A stretch of 64,000 nucleotides of DNA. It comes from Chrysomallon squamiferum. Lineage: Eukaryota; Animalia; Mollusca. A program made the position numbers and the translations under genes. The stretch is from the NCBI GenBank assembly GCA_012295275.1, contig CM022672.1, forward strand, positions 8,432,001-8,496,000. The letters run 5' to 3'. The notes beneath the pieces are model-generated. The model made no database searches. It worked only from the letters and a program-made list of their open reading frames with translations, and was not told the DNA's origin. Of the stretch, positions 1-15,304 are shown piece after piece. Within the stretch, counting starts at the first letter, position 1, and every line of letters starts with the position of its first letter.

Positions 1-700
1 CGATAATATGTCCTGCACGAAGTCAGGATTACTAAGCTTCCCTTATATTCCGCTGTAATTGAATCTTGTTTTTAAGAATTCATTTCCCGTAATTGCATTA
101 AATAATTAATAATACAAATAATAATTAAAAGAAATAAATTTAAAAAAGAAATCAATAAACTGAAACAAAAACAACAAATAACAGAAACACACACTACATA
201 CATAAATAAATAAATAAATAAAAATGTCCCTATTCAAATGCACGAAAAAAAAAAAAAAAAAAAAGCACATAAACATTTGATGTAACCCTGCACTACAGTT
301 TATTAAATAGAACATTCATTTATTATTTATTTGTCTGTTAATCAAAATAAAATAAAGAGGAAAAGTAACATTTTGTATCCTCAAAATATACCAAGATCAA
401 AACCTGCAATTATTTTTATGAAAATATTAACCATAAGCTTCTCTCTGGCTTTTTTAGCTTTTAAATAAGTTATTGACATTGATCAAATTTAGTGAATTCT
501 TTTTATCCATTTTTGTTCCATCTGTCATCGTGTACAAACTATTTTTTTGAATTACAAAAAGATATGTTACACAAACAAATTTGTTATGCATTAAAATATA
601 AAGATATTACACAAACAAATGTTATTAATGGTGTGGGGTGTTTTCCAGTGGGAGAGGAATGATTAAAGATTGATGGTCACAGGCGCTTTCGTCATGGATA

Positions 701-829
701 TCTGTCTGTCTGGATAACGTTGTTTAGCTTATATCTGTTATCTATGTATTCATTTATCTATCTTCTGTCTGTCTGTCTGGATAACGTTGTTTAGCTTTAT
801 ATCTGTTATCTATGTATTCGTTTATCTAT
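701..829. repeat. ~67-bp direct tandem duplication (2 copies)
   Basis: TCTGTCTGTCTGGATAACGTTGTTTAGCTT..ATATCTGTTATCTATGTATTCRTTTATCTAT occurs twice; TGGATAACG anchors at 711 and 778. Confidence 0.9.
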
Positions 830-854
830 TTTCTATCTGTCTGGCTGCCTGGTT

Positions 855-1592
855 GCCTATCTATGGATCTATGTGTATCCGTATCTGTCTGCCTGAATGT
901 CTGCCTGACTGCCTATCTATGTATCTATGTGTATCTGTCTGCCTGTATGTCTGCCTGACTGCCTATCTATGGATCTATGTGTATCTGTCTGCCTGTATGT
1001 CTGCCTGACTGCCTATCTATGTATCTATGTGTATCCGTATCTGTCTGCCTGTATGTCTGCCTGACTGCCTATCTATGTATCTATGTGTATCCGTATCTGT
1101 CTACCTGTATGTCTGCCTGACTGCCTATCTATGGATCTATGTGTATCTGTCTGCCTGTATGTCTGCCTGACTGCCTATCTATGTATCTATGTGTATCCGT
1201 ATCTGTCTGCCTGTATGTCTGCCTGACTGCCTATCTATGGATCTATGTGTATCTGTCTGCCTGTATGTCTGCCTGACTGCCTATCTATGTATCTATGTGT
1301 ATCCGTATCTGTCTGCCTGTATGTCTGCCTGACTGCCTATCTATGTATCTATGTGTATCCGTATCTGTCTGCCTGTATGTCTGCCTGAATGCCTATCTAT
1401 GAATCTATGTGTATCCGTATCTGTCTGTCTGTATGTCTGCCTGACTGCCTATCTATGTATCTATGTGTATCCGTATCTGTCTGCCTGTATGTCTGCCTGA
1501 CTGCCTATCTATGTATCTATGTGTATCCGTATCTGTCTGCCTGTATGTCTGCCTGACTGCCTATCTATGGATCTATGTGTATCTGTCTGCCT
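855..1592. repeat. Minisatellite with 50/56-bp units (~13-14 copies) built from TCTG/TATC/TGCC tetranucleotides
   Basis: CTGCCTGA(C)TGCC anchors at 901, 951, 1001, 1057, 1113, 1163, 1219, 1269, 1325, 1381, 1437, 1493, 1549; spacing is 50 or 56. Confidence 0.95.
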
Positions 1593-1674
1593 GTCTTCCT
1601 GTCTGCTTATCTATCTATCTATATATCTACCTACCTGCCTATCTACCTCCCTCCCTACCTACCTACCTACCTAC

Positions 1675-1730
<56 letters not shown>

Positions 1731-1780
1731 ATATCTTTCTGTCTGTCTATCTGCCTGCCTGCCTGCCTGCCTGTCCGCCT
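1593..1780. repeat. Compound tetranucleotide microsatellite (TACC)n/(TATC)n/(TGCC)n
   Basis: Directly visible. Confidence 0.9.
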
Positions 1781-1881
1781 GAACGTTTGTTTACATTTCA
1801 GTTTTTGCAATATAATATTCCATCTGTAGATCCATTAATAAATGCGCTATTTTGTGATCTTACTATCACGGAATTAAACGG

Positions 1882-1882
<1 letters not shown>

Positions 1883-1927
<45 letters not shown>
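1883..1927. repeat. (ATT)n microsatellite
   Basis: Directly visible. Confidence 0.95.
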
Positions 1928-3172
1928 TTGTTTTGTCTGCACTGGATTACGTGTAGTAATATCGAGCAGAGACAAAAGCAGGTAGAAATTTCATATTTCG
2001 TTTCCTGGTAAACCACCATCGTCACTGAACGTTGATAATCGATGTTTGGATTGGTGTATGACATCGTCAATTTGCTGCATATTACCGCCGAAGCTGGTTT
2101 AAATTCTCAATATTCTTATTGACCGCAAGCAACCAAATATGACCGTATCGATTAGGGCAATAATATTTTCTGGACATTGGTCAGCAAAGCATCGACAGAT
2201 CTCACACCCTGGATCAGGCACGACGCGAAACGTGACTGTGACGACGTTGTCACAACGCTGATTGTTTATCCCTGACTAACATCAGCATCGTCATCATTAT
2301 CATTATCATGCACACATGAATGAGTGGGGAACAAATTCTTATCATTTTAATCTGACGATTTATTTCTTATCGATATAATAATATAAACTGAATATATATA
2401 TATATATGAAACTATCTTCAATTTTTCAATAAGCATCTGTTTATTTGGTATAAATAAATATACAGATAATGTTTAAATTCATAAGAAAGATGTAGATAAA
2501 TTAAAAAAAAATATTTAAAAAAAAACACACACCTAAACATAAATATATCTCAGTGTTTATTTTTATCATTTATAATATATAGATAGATAAACATCAACAT
2601 TGAGGAATATTATAAAAAAAAAAAAAAATAATTAAAAAAAAACCCTCACGTATAACCCTGGGTTTTACTTGTTATAATGTTGCAAATTATCTTCATCATT
2701 ACTGTTCCGGGTTCCGAGCAAATATAACTGACAACGTGTGCAGGAACCCGACTGTTTGTAATCGAATGTCATCAATTTATCACACAGGATTTTCCACGTA
2801 CCACTGAATACACGACAAGCACCGAATGTATGCATTTCTCTCACGCAGTTTTGTTTCGTGTTGTATGAGGGATAATTCATTAGAGCGAGAAGAATAGATA
2901 AATCAGTGGTGTTGTTTACAGGTATGATGTCAATCATTATATTGTGTTTTCTCAAACTGATTTGACCGTGGATGTGATAATAACAAAGGAGAATTCTAAC
3001 CTTTCACGTACTTAATCGTATGTCCTTCAAATGTGTTTGAAAAATAGAAGAAAAAAAGAAAGAAAAAATGTACAGAGATAATAATTAAAATCTTTTTATT
3101 GACTTTCTAATGATGTTATTTTTCTTTTGTAATACACACCCACCCAGATAGATATATAGAGATAGAAAGGCA

Positions 3173-3173
<1 letters not shown>

Positions 3174-3218
<45 letters not shown>
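3174..3218. repeat. (AC)n microsatellite within degenerate (GATA/GACA)n
   Basis: Directly visible. Confidence 0.95.
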
Positions 3219-3222
<4 letters not shown>

Positions 3223-6200
3223 TAGATTGATAGATAGACAGAGATAGACTGAAAGACAAACAAACAGGCGGATATGTAGTGATAGATGGATAGACATAGA
3301 AGGAGACAGAGGATGAATGGATGGATACGAAACTCAGTGAGAAGCTATTTCTAATCATTCCACGTATATCCTGAGCTTTGTGTCGAACTGAGGAGCTAGC
3401 AGACAGTCAAGAAGAATGATGTGAAATAAATCAGCTGTTATCTCTGTCACATCTCTCCGTGAATATCTGCTAACATCAGTTATCTGCCCAGAGAAATAGC
3501 AAACAGGAAATTAGAAGCATGATGACATAAATCAGATCATTGATTCTCCCCTTACAAAGGCGCTTCCAACTCTCTCGCTTAAAAAATAACAGTATTAAAC
3601 CAGACTGAACAAAGTGTTTAATTACAAACTGATAACTACGTAAAGAGATATATATTTTTCAAAAGAGGAATCAGTGACGGTTTTATTGCCAGACCTATTT
3701 TTTTTTTTCAAAAAAGAAAGAAAATAATAATACTAACAAAAATAAATAAATAAATAAAATTAAAAAACGGCCACTGAAATTATTTGTTAGATCCTCTAGA
3801 AAAAAACGTATCAGTCAAACGTCAGGGACACAGTTAGGATATTAACTGCTTATATAATGTTCAATGATGTCGTATCTGTTTGTAGTCGTAATGAATAAAC
3901 TGGCCGTAGAGTCTCTGCTATAATTATGTTAATTTGGATGTAGGAAAAGTTAAACAAACTACAGTAATTTGTCCTACTCTTTGAAAACGTAAGTTCAAAG
4001 ATGTTTTTGTTTTTATCTTGTTAGCTGATAACAGTTGTCGGAAAGTGTTTAACAGTCTTCAGCTGTTTTGTTTCCTATTTACCCAAGATCTCTGCAGAAA
4101 TCAGAGCCGACGTGATTCAGAAAATAATCTGATCTGCCCCTTCATCTGAGAGGTCATAAAATTATTTTTATTTTTTATTGATATAGTTGTTAAATATGAC
4201 ACCTCATGATTTAAAAAAAAATATTCATAGATTTGTAAAATATGATCTCTGTCGCTCTCAACTCCATAACTAAGACGTTTGCCGTGTCTAAATCTAAAAA
4301 TCTAAAAGTTAGTTTTGTTACAAATATTTTATAAATACTTTTACGTACCTTTTATCTTTGCTGTCACATGCTGACATCATTTACTCAGATAACAACACCA
4401 TGTTTCTGAAAAGAATCAAAACACAGTTACATAATGTATGCATCATGCATGTTTATATATGTGTTTGTATGTATGTTTGCAGACACGTATGTATGTGTGT
4501 GTATAGTTGTTATTTGTATGTACACACGTATGTAACATATATATATATATATATATATATACACACGTGCATCTATGAGTGTATTTGTATGTGTGAATGT
4601 ATATGTAAGCATGTATAATGCATGAATGTATTTGTCTGTACATATATATATATATATATGCCTTCATAAAATATGTATGTTTATAAAAATTTTAAAGACA
4701 TATATTTTTAAATGTATTAGATAATAATAAAAAGTTGTTAGTTTATATTATTAATTATCTGAAGCATTAATATTTCATTAGTAATAAAAGTGTTTTTCGT
4801 TATCCCTGCCGATACTTAATTTACTGTACAAACTTTCTAAGATTTAATTCAGTTTTTTTCCTTAGACTTTTTCTCGCAGCACAGATATTAATATCTCTTT
4901 CCAATATTTGTCGCAGTTAAAAAAAAATAATATAATTTTATTAAACAAATAATAACAATAAAGTAAAAAAATAAAAACTGAACGAAATGAAATTGAGGGG
5001 GATCTGACAGTAAAATATCGCTGCTGAAAGAAAACAGTATTAAACTAGCGGAGTATTAACGCTGCACGAGACTATATGACGTGTAATAAAAGCAGATATC
5101 CAAAATATAACTTTTAATCGAAACGTATTCGAATGCAGTTCACTGGATTTCAGAAGCAATGAAAAGTGTTTCAGAAAATTTACGAACTCTGCACCACTGA
5201 CATCGTCATTCAGTAGGAGTTGTATTATTGAGCTCTGGGTTAAAAATATGAAATTAATAAAAGATTTCGTATTTGTCTTTTCACTTTACACACGGGGTTT
5301 TGTAAAGGAAACAAAATGAGATTGGTCGGAGCGCTGTACTGAAATGCAGCAGACACAATGATCAAAGCAACAGCGTTCATTACAATCGACACTTTGTTCA
5401 AACGACGGAGATTTCGTTAAACAATCTTTTATTATTTTATTTTCTTCGATCAGTAATTTACTTTTTTTTTCTCTTTGAAGACGGACAATAATTCAGAGAA
5501 TCAGAATCTGCGCACACTCCATTTAGTCGACAAATCGTGTTTGGTAACAGCGCGGCAAATTGACGTGTGAATCAAGAGGCAAATTGGTTTAACTGTCATC
5601 TTCTTGTTCATATTTCAGAAGAACGGAGAGCCGAATTCAGAATTATGAAAAAGAAATGGTTTAATTTGGACGTTATGTGTCTGTTTCGGTAATGTTTAGG
5701 ATACAGCTGTCAGAGAAATTTTCTACCACGCCTGGAATAGGAAAAATCCTCTGATCGAATTCTATCCAGAAATTTAGACGTAAACAGAGACAGAGAAAAA
5801 GAAGAAAGTTTCAGAGACAATCGAGCAAACACTGGTGTGATGGATAGCGATAATTAATATGACATTTACGTAAATTTAATACGATATTTAAATGCTTATG
5901 TCTGCTTGAAAAGATTGAAATTAATGATGCTGACAAAGAATATTTTAACATTAGACAAGTGAATAGCAATTTGTGACAAGATGGACATAATGATCATCGA
6001 AAGGACATGATATATAATTTACTGATTATGGAAAGATTCAAATAAATATTTATTGCCGCTGGTCTGTAAATTATATGAAATTCGTAATGTAACCTAAGCT
6101 TGTTTCTTCTTTTATAATTAATTGTCAAAACGACAAAAAATAAATTATATATATATATAATCTACACATCTAATAAACGTCTATAATGAGTTTAACTGTA

Positions 6201-8115
6201 GATGAACAATAATCATTAATTTATTAATTTAAAATAAACATCTGTATACACCTCACTCTCAGAACACACAAACAATACAGTCAAATGGATATAGTCAAAT
6301 TATCTATGTAGTGTGGGTGGTAATAGATATTATTTAGTAAGACATGATCTAAGAATAAAATGACTGTCCACTTTCAATTAGTACAGGTCTAAACAAAAAT
6401 GTTCCAGCATACACATTCATACATACGTCTGTTGAAGCAAGAGCATTTGATGAATTATGTCCAGAAACTCTGAACGCAAACAGATAGAAGACATCTGAGA
6501 GGAATAAAAAATCCAACAGTCTCGATTTTATGATTATCAATGAAAAACACAAATTACGAAACTATGTAATGTAAGCAGATACAAAATAAGACAACTGTAC
6601 ATGTGGCCTGAATGATGTCTGCTGAGTATAATTATTACAAAGTCGGAAACAGCTTGTACGTCTAGAAATGACGCAGTTACAAAACACGTGGTTAAACGGG
6701 CGACGAGAAGAACTCTGTGGATTTACACAGGCGAATGATCACTTCACAAGTGAACTGTTAGAAACACGATTCCGCTCTCAGGACGCTGTTAGAATCACCG
6801 CCGACGTCGTCCAACAAGTCACTTCCATTATGGATGTTTTTCTGCTCTCAGGTCAACACATTTCGTGCATCCATCCTGGCTTGCTAATCTGTTTTCGTAG
6901 CCACGATTTAAAGGTTTGCGTCCTAATAACAAATTGATTTACTCAAGGCTGGTACGATCTGTTCCCACTCGATCTGATACGTGAACGCTAAGATTATAGC
7001 CTTTCTGAAAGAAGAGGAAGAACAAGAAGAAGAAGAGGAAGAACAAGCAGAAGAGGAAGTGACGATGACAGATAAGAAATAAACAAGCAGAAGAAGGCAG
7101 AAGATAAAAAATAAAATAAATGGAAGATCAAAAATAAGAAGACGAAAAGAGGAAAAGAGAATAGTGAAAGAGAGTTCGTACAAAATCGAAGAAGAAAATG
7201 AAAAGGGAGAAGAAAAGAAAAATAAACAGTTGGAGTACGAGATTTTAAGAAAAAGTTATCTCATTAGAAATAAGTTTTAATTTTCAGGTAAAAACAACAC
7301 AAAAATACTTAAAATGGCAAAATGGCTAAACCTGCTAATCAGATCAAGCACAGAATTTTCTAAATTACTGATTTACTATTAGCAGTCTTTAACTGAATTT
7401 GATCCCAATTGTCATTCAAAGTATCAGTTCTCTGATTTGTTTTACCCTTACAACGAATAAACAAACAGATGGTCTGAATGGGTTTAATTTACCCTTGTAA
7501 GCAGTAATCAAGCAAATGGGCTGACTGGAAGGAACAAATAAACAAGAGTCGAAAAAAAAAGTTTTAAAGCGACACGATTCACAAATTGAAGAGCACAGAT
7601 TTGCTCGGTGACTCTTGTTTAGCACACTGCCTCACTTTGTAATCTCACTGACAATGGGTAGAAACTGCATCGTCGTTTGTAATCTCTTTATATGTGACTG
7701 CAAATACAAACGTTTCATATACGTCAAACGCAGCTCTGAAATCCACTTACGGAGAGTAGGGTAAATACAGACGATGGACGAATAAAGTCGTTTTCTATGG
7801 CGTTCGATTGAAAAGAGTTTGCAGAAGAAGCTTAATTGAGTTAGAGTATTGGGCAGAACGATCATTCAGTTATAATGATAAGGACGGTGGGAGAGAGAAA
7901 GAAAAAGGTTTTCTGCTTGAAGAGTGGAGGATTGTTGTTTCTGCAGCACTATTAATTTTTCTGATAACACTCCGACAGAGGAAGCAGACAGTGAAAGAGA
8001 CTGTTAGTGAGATTCAGTAACAATGTTTAAACTGCTCGACTTAGTTTTTATTTAATTTCATGTCTACATCAGTCTATCCTTAGCTCACAGGATATGTATA
8101 CACGTAAATACATAT

Positions 8116-8119
<4 letters not shown>

Positions 8120-8181
<62 letters not shown>
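8120..8181. repeat. (TC)n microsatellite
   Basis: Directly visible. Confidence 0.95.
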
Positions 8182-8185
<4 letters not shown>

Positions 8186-9774
8186 GTATAAATATTACGA
8201 AACTAACAAGTAATTAAAGGTTTGTATTAAATTTCTCATTCAAAATAGATAATTAAAAGTGTTTAATATAAAGCAGTGTATGTTGTTAATTTATTATATG
8301 TAATCCGTGAATGAAAAACAATAAGTGAGAGTCATTTTTTCTCTTTCATGTTATCATTATACAAACATGTTAAACAGCGTTAAACAAACATTGATTTGTA
8401 CGTAGCAATGATTCTCTTTGTTAATGACGTTTGTTAGTGGTATTAAACATGAAAGTATTGGAATATGAAAGTACGTCTGTCTTACTTAGACCACACTGCT
8501 ACTTTGAAATGATATTACTAGAAATAACAGTGTCACTCAGCGAACAGTGAAATGTTTGCCAGAATCAGAATGCGAAGCCAGTCTTACCAGCCTTAAAGAC
8601 TACAGAATAAACATATCATCATCAAGTGTAGTACACCAGTACTTACAAATCGGCATGGAATATTTCATAAATTAACCAACAGGTAACTAAGATATTATGA
8701 ATGGCACCAAGACGGTTACTGGGATACGTCATGACTGCCTACAAGACTTGAAGTCTGCACAACGCCTGGCACTTGTGCACTGATGATGTGATAAATTAAC
8801 TGCATGTCACAGTGAGACTTAAGATCACATTACGTGGCCGATCGTAACGTGATTACATTACGATTCCAGACTAAATCATTATTCTCTGTAGACTCAAATA
8901 TTACTCATCATCGATTGTCTGCTTGATATGTCATATCAGATCCCTCGGTTATCAGTTTACAAATATCAAAACATTTTAATAACTGGAGCTTTTAAAAAAA
9001 ATCAGAGATCGCTGTTTGATATGTTACAGTTATTGTAAGTAATTAACCTTGATGTCACGCATTATAATGCCAGAATTTACATTGTATTTGAAAAATGAAG
9101 TTTTTAGATAAAACCTTCATTATTATATTATGTGACATCAGTGTTAATTATTCAAAATAATTCAAAGTGAATGTTTTAAGTCAGTGGTTATTGGTTAACT
9201 GTGTCACTTAATGCTCTTTACAACAACAACAGCAGCAGCAACAACAACAATAAAAAAAACAAAAAAACCAACAAAAAAACAAATAAGTAAATAAGACAAC
9301 AACAACAACAACAACAATAACATGCTAATAGTAATGTTTTTACTGATCGATTTAATATGTAACATGCATAACCAATCCTTGTATTTAGATTAAGGACAGT
9401 TTTAAAAAGTAGGCTTCAAATCATCTATTTTCCGTCTAGTTATTTCATTTGTATGGCAGATTAAATAAAAATTCATGAGACAGGTGCATCCATAATTTAC
9501 AATCCTGTCAAAGTGTTTTTTCTTTATTTAAAATCAATGATTATCAGTCTGTCCTTAACTCTTGTTTCAGACTGAAACTATCAGCATACGATTTGTACCG
9601 CAGAGGATATATCAGAAAATCATCATATTTTATGTTTTACTTTTAGATAAAAGAATGTCACTGCATATCTGCGAGAGGTTTCCAAAATACATACTTTTAT
9701 TCAGTCGTTCATTTGACAATCCTTCTATCTTGACGCATTCATCATCGTTATCACAATCATCATAATCAATTATC

Positions 9775-9817
<43 letters not shown>

Positions 9818-10258
9818 TGTATGTTTATGTATATATATATGTTTATATGCGTATATATGTATATGACTGTTTTGTGTGTGTGTTTGTGGAAGTGTGCGTG
9901 TCTGTCAGATTCATCCGGCCTTACGGACATCTATCTTATCGATGCTAACAAATTTACAGTTCTTATTACTCTGAATAAATATTTCCAAATCGACAGAAAA
10001 AGAGCTAAATCTAGTTTTTACATCTAAATGTATGAAGCAAAATTCGATAGTCAGAGTTATTTGACGAAAGGTTACGTTAACCCTGATTATTTTTTCTTTT
10101 TTCTTTTTTATTTGTTTTGTTTATAAACATTCTTTATATATATATAAAAAAAATAAGAAATTGAAAAATCATTACAAACATAGCTATCTTCTGCTCACAA
10201 TTTGATATTTTAAAAATAGAAGAAAATACTGACAGAAATCGAAATAAAGTAAGATTTA

Positions 10259-10259
10259 A

Positions 10260-10301
<42 letters not shown>

Positions 10302-10315
10302 TAATAATTAATAAA

Positions 10316-10362
<47 letters not shown>
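10259..10362. repeat. (TAA)n + (TAAA)n microsatellite
   Basis: Directly visible. Confidence 0.95.
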
Positions 10363-10368
<6 letters not shown>

Positions 10369-12586
10369 ATGTTATTTTAATGTTAATACATGTTGTATGT
10401 CAAAGATGGTTTATGGTACACGAGAAAAAATCCATTGTATGAAATTAAGTATTTTAAGAAGATAAGAAAAAGGCATCATCTTTCCAGATCAAATTAGTTC
10501 AATTAATGATGGAAAAATTGCAGATGTTCTCAATGTTTGAATCCAAACCTGAATAGTTTTGTTGCCTTAGCAAAAAGAACATATTTTAATAAATTTTCTC
10601 AGAAACATGGTAGCACATACCACGGCTTTTATTAGATCGTCAAGAAATACAGTTTTAACCGAAATAATCCACTGGCGTCACAGTCATGTATTGATCCTGC
10701 GCTAGGTCAGTGTCAGGGATGTATCCGAAGCTGAACATGCGGAAATAAACACACCCACACATGCACTGTTCTTTTTTCATCCGTGACTTGAAAGAGAAAC
10801 TCGGCTATAATGAGTCAAAGATCAACAGTGTTCGAGTTCTCTTTGTCACTCTGTCTGTCTCTCTTTCTGAGAGCTTTGAGTATCAGTATATTTTTTGTTT
10901 TGCAAATTCATGTCCAGTACGCATGTCACAGATACAATTTGTATCGTCGCTGGAGACTTCACAAACAGAGGTTTTCTCTCTGTTTTGTTTATACAGTGGT
11001 GCAGATCAAATTAAAAACATTGATGTGCAGAATGAAATTATCTCAACAGCTGTTATTGAAAACAACGAGGTGCTACAGCGTGTCTGAGTCGCGACATAGT
11101 TCTCACTTCACTCAGACGTTCGTAATTGCGATTATTAACTGAGTCGTTATGTCTGTCAGTCTGTGGCTAAATTGTCTGACTGGTAGTTACCGAGATCAAA
11201 ACCCGATTTCGAATCTTGTCGTAACAAATCAGAGATGTCTAAAACTATAGCGTAATCTCGACAGACTAAACACATATGCTGTAACTTTTTAAAACGTAGC
11301 ATTGTTGTGTTACAATCTGTCATAGCATCACTACAGATATCCAGAATATTGTGTCCAAGACAGACGTGACTGAACATTCAGTGACTTGACTGGAAGCACG
11401 TTTCAGATGTTTGACAGATTGCTTATACTTCAGGGAAATACAAAACAACAATAACCAAATTCACATCTCGTTAAAATTAATTACTCACATAAACCCTGAC
11501 ATAGAACTATCTGACAAAATCAAAAGTTTCCGCGACAAACATGCACAGTTCTCATGCAAGAAAACATTCCCAGAATCAGCGACAGCCACTCTCGTTTTCT
11601 GAGCAGCAAATCAGTGATGGCAGACAGACACGTTGATGAAGATAACGCGAGTTTAAACATCAGATACAGACACATACGTCTGTGTTACAATTATCTTTAA
11701 TTCATCATATTGACAAAACGTTTGTCAGAGGTTTCAGTAAGTGTTGTTGAATGTGTTATAGTTACGTCAGGATCAAACAAAATAAATAAATTCAAATGTA
11801 AGTAAGCTATGGGTGTTAGTTATAGTCAGAGTATAAGTAAACAATTTTAGTGTTCCCTTTCGTAAATTTTGATCGATATGCGAGTTACTCTGTTTGAATT
11901 TTATGAGTTGATACATATTACTATTCAAGAATTCATGTTCCTAAAAGTCTCCTTTCTTTAAATTATGTGCCAGACTGTTTCATTCTGCCCTATGTTGTCC
12001 GTTAAGCTGGTATAAGGACATTTCTTATCTTATATCTCTACCTCGGAAGAGTGATAATCCTCTTGAATATAGGAGGACCGCCACTTTTGCAATCCTAATT
12101 TAAAATAAGTTTATTTATAGGTTTCTATACTATTCAAACAACTGTATTACGTATACACGAGAACTGCACTCCAGCAGAAACTGTTTTAACAGAACGAATG
12201 TTGTTGGTGCCGCACCAAGGCAGCGTCCTGCCAAGAGACACGCACGATGACGTACGTAGCGGATTCTGACTCAGTCTGACCTCTCCGTGGCTTCATAAAT
12301 CAATCGCAGTTTGGCAGAGATATTATTTCTATCTTTCACTTGGTAATGGCATTTTGATCCGCTGATACGCGGTCAAGTGGAGAGAAGATTGAGTGTTTGT
12401 GTGTTTGAGTAACATATTGAGTACAACTCACTTAGGACGAACACACAGGCACACGCGAAATGTCTAGTTTCTGTGGATTAGGTGTAAATCCACTTGCAGA
12501 CGTACAGATAGGTAAATGAAATACAGATCGAACGAAATCTTAATACTTGATATAGTGTGACTGAATTTTAATTAATATTGTTGTTG

Positions 12587-12621
<35 letters not shown>

Positions 12622-12871
12622 TATTATTTATGAAATAAAATTAAAATTAGCTGTAGTCGATTTTTTTGCTAGATGATAAATATCATGTATAGACAAATAA
12701 AGAACAAATATCAATAATGGATATTAATAAATAAATAAATATTATATATAAAATTACATAGAATCTGATGTCAGCAGCTTTGATTATTGGAGTATTTTAC
12801 AACGAATACAGGATTGGATTGTACTCTAACTACTGCGAAATACTTTGAAACAGGAGTCATCAAAATAGTGT

Positions 12872-12873
<2 letters not shown>

Positions 12874-12955
<82 letters not shown>
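12874..12955. repeat. (TC)n microsatellite
   Basis: Directly visible. Confidence 0.95.
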
Positions 12956-12959
<4 letters not shown>

Positions 12960-15268
12960 ACTGCCTGTAGTTATTTGTATGTAATTTTTTTTAATTCTAA
13001 TCGTTAATGACTGTTATAATCTATTCAACAGTTTGGCTTATTTAATATGTGTGTGTGTGTGTTTGTGTGTGCGTGTATGTCAAAGTATCAAACATCTGTT
13101 CGCCTGTAAAAATAGCAGCACATAAGGAAAAAAAATAATAATACCCAGACAGCAGCTCTGGGATAAGTTATTGTATAATTTTAAGAACATGTAGAAATAT
13201 CAGAACCTGTTGCAGTCTCTCTAACCAACAACAAAACTGACAAAAAAAAACCGCCAAAACTTCAGACGTTGTGGCTGACGTGGCGAAATAGGAAACTATA
13301 TAATTAGGCGTTTAATAACAACAACGCTTAAGCTGATAGAGCATAATAAGTTTACACAAGGAATTTGCAGGACTAACGCCAATCATCGGCTCAGCTCTCT
13401 GCGTTCTTCCACCATCTGATGGCCTTTTACACTGCGCTGTTCGTCCTCGGTATAACCACTTGCGACAAATGCCTCATAAAGTGGCCACGAAAATCCATAA
13501 TATTTAAGCCTGGTGTCCATTTATCGCCGGTTTATGCCTACATAATTCAGTGACAAGAATTTAAAACTGTCTACCTCTTGTAGCCGCCGCATGCTTGTAA
13601 GCAATTGATTGGAATTACAAATGTGTTACGGTATACCAGACTGACATGTCCGTGACCCCGAGCTGTCGAGAAGTCACTCACAATATCTGCATCATTTGCA
13701 ATGTCGCAGAACGTCTTCGATGTGAAAGGTCGGTAGGTCGATTCTGGCTGGCGGACCAAATGATTGATTTCATGTTCAACAAGACGTAAGAAATGTGAAT
13801 GAACGTTCCACTGGTAAACAAGGCGTTGTTGTAGCACTATTGGTCGTTTTTGCAGTCATCATCATCATCGTCGTCGTCATTACAAATATCACAGTAATCT
13901 GCATTACTACAACAGCACCAACATGGCTATCATCATTGCAGTGACAATCATCATCATTATTATCATCATCATCACAGCATTAGTGATATTTAGGAAATTA
14001 TTATTATATTATCGTCGTCGTTGTTATTGTTGATGATGGTGGCACTGCAGCTGTTATTCGGTACCAGTGTACACGGGAAGACGCGCAGTTTGATTTATCT
14101 CTTAGATCATGATGCATCGCTTCTTCATCTCACTTCTCATCAGAAAGCCGTAATTTAAAGACGTCATCATCGCGATGATCTATTTTAGTGAACAACATCG
14201 TCGTGTATTTACCAACATTTGATTTATAGGACGGTGTTAACGTCGGCATTGCGGTGGTTATACATCATGAAATGACGTTGTGTTTGTTTTTGTTTCCCGA
14301 ATAATTATTCTATATAGTGTGCAGTCAGTCTGTTGTCTGCAGACAAACACTTGCTACGTACCCCGAGTGATTTGCTTTGTTTTAATTGGGGATGTTCTTA
14401 CTTTATTTATTACACAGTGAAGATGGGTCAACGCGCCCTGTACTACCGCAAGAATATTTCATATTTGCTACACTGTTCATGATGAATAAAATAAAGATTA
14501 AAGTAAGTTAATGTACAAGAACTCAGACTGAACAGAAACTCAGACTTCCGAGTCATAACCCTTCTCTGACGGAAACGATGCGAAATACACTAACACGTAT
14601 ATATAACAGTTCATGTTAAACATTTCTGGAATAACCCGTATGACCACTGCCATCGAATCATCATTATTACACAATCATCTTCATCATCATCATTAGCACG
14701 ATACATCGTAACCATTGTTGTTATCATCATCTCTACACATGACAACCATTATCATTATCATCAATGCACATCACTATGTCATCATATTGTCATCACTATG
14801 CACCATAACAACTATGATTATCATCATTATTGACATCCCTATATGTTCCAACCACTATCACTGGATCACCATCATCATCAACATCGCCACTATTAGCATC
14901 ACAGTAGCTTTGATAAAAACCACAAGAACAAGAAATTAAAAAAAAAATTCTGAACATAATTATTATAAAGACTCTGATTTTGTTCACAATCTAAAACGTG
15001 TCATATTTCCTTTCATAAGCAACAGCGAGTACAGCAGACTTGACCAAATTATCTGTAGAAATCCTACATCGAATTTATAACATCTAAAAATTAGCCAAAC
15101 CATCCGAAGATTTACATTCGTGTTTGACTGCTAATACAAGCAGATTCCGTCAAAAGTTTTCACGGCCTGTTTGAAAACGCTTTCACTTGTTAGATTCTAC
15201 ACAGAGATAATTCTGAGATATGTTTATCCGTCAAATCATTAAAACAACAGTACTGTTAACAAAAACAA

Positions 15269-15304
<36 letters not shown>

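Noticed and set aside
787-2070. Overlapping ORFs of up to 182 aa (CLPVCLPDCLS.., YLSI..)
   Set aside because: They are translations of the 50/56-bp minisatellite and tetra/trinucleotide repeats, open in several frames at once.
6668-6937. 89-aa complex-sequence ORF (similarly 10761-11142, 13571-13837, 29004-29303, 37888-38148)
   Set aside because: No recognisable domain or consistent splice structure; lengths are within chance expectation for GC-richer islands.
8621-8633. ATCAAGTGTAGTA match to the U2 snRNA branch-recognition region
   Set aside because: Only 13 nt; the flanks do not match U2.
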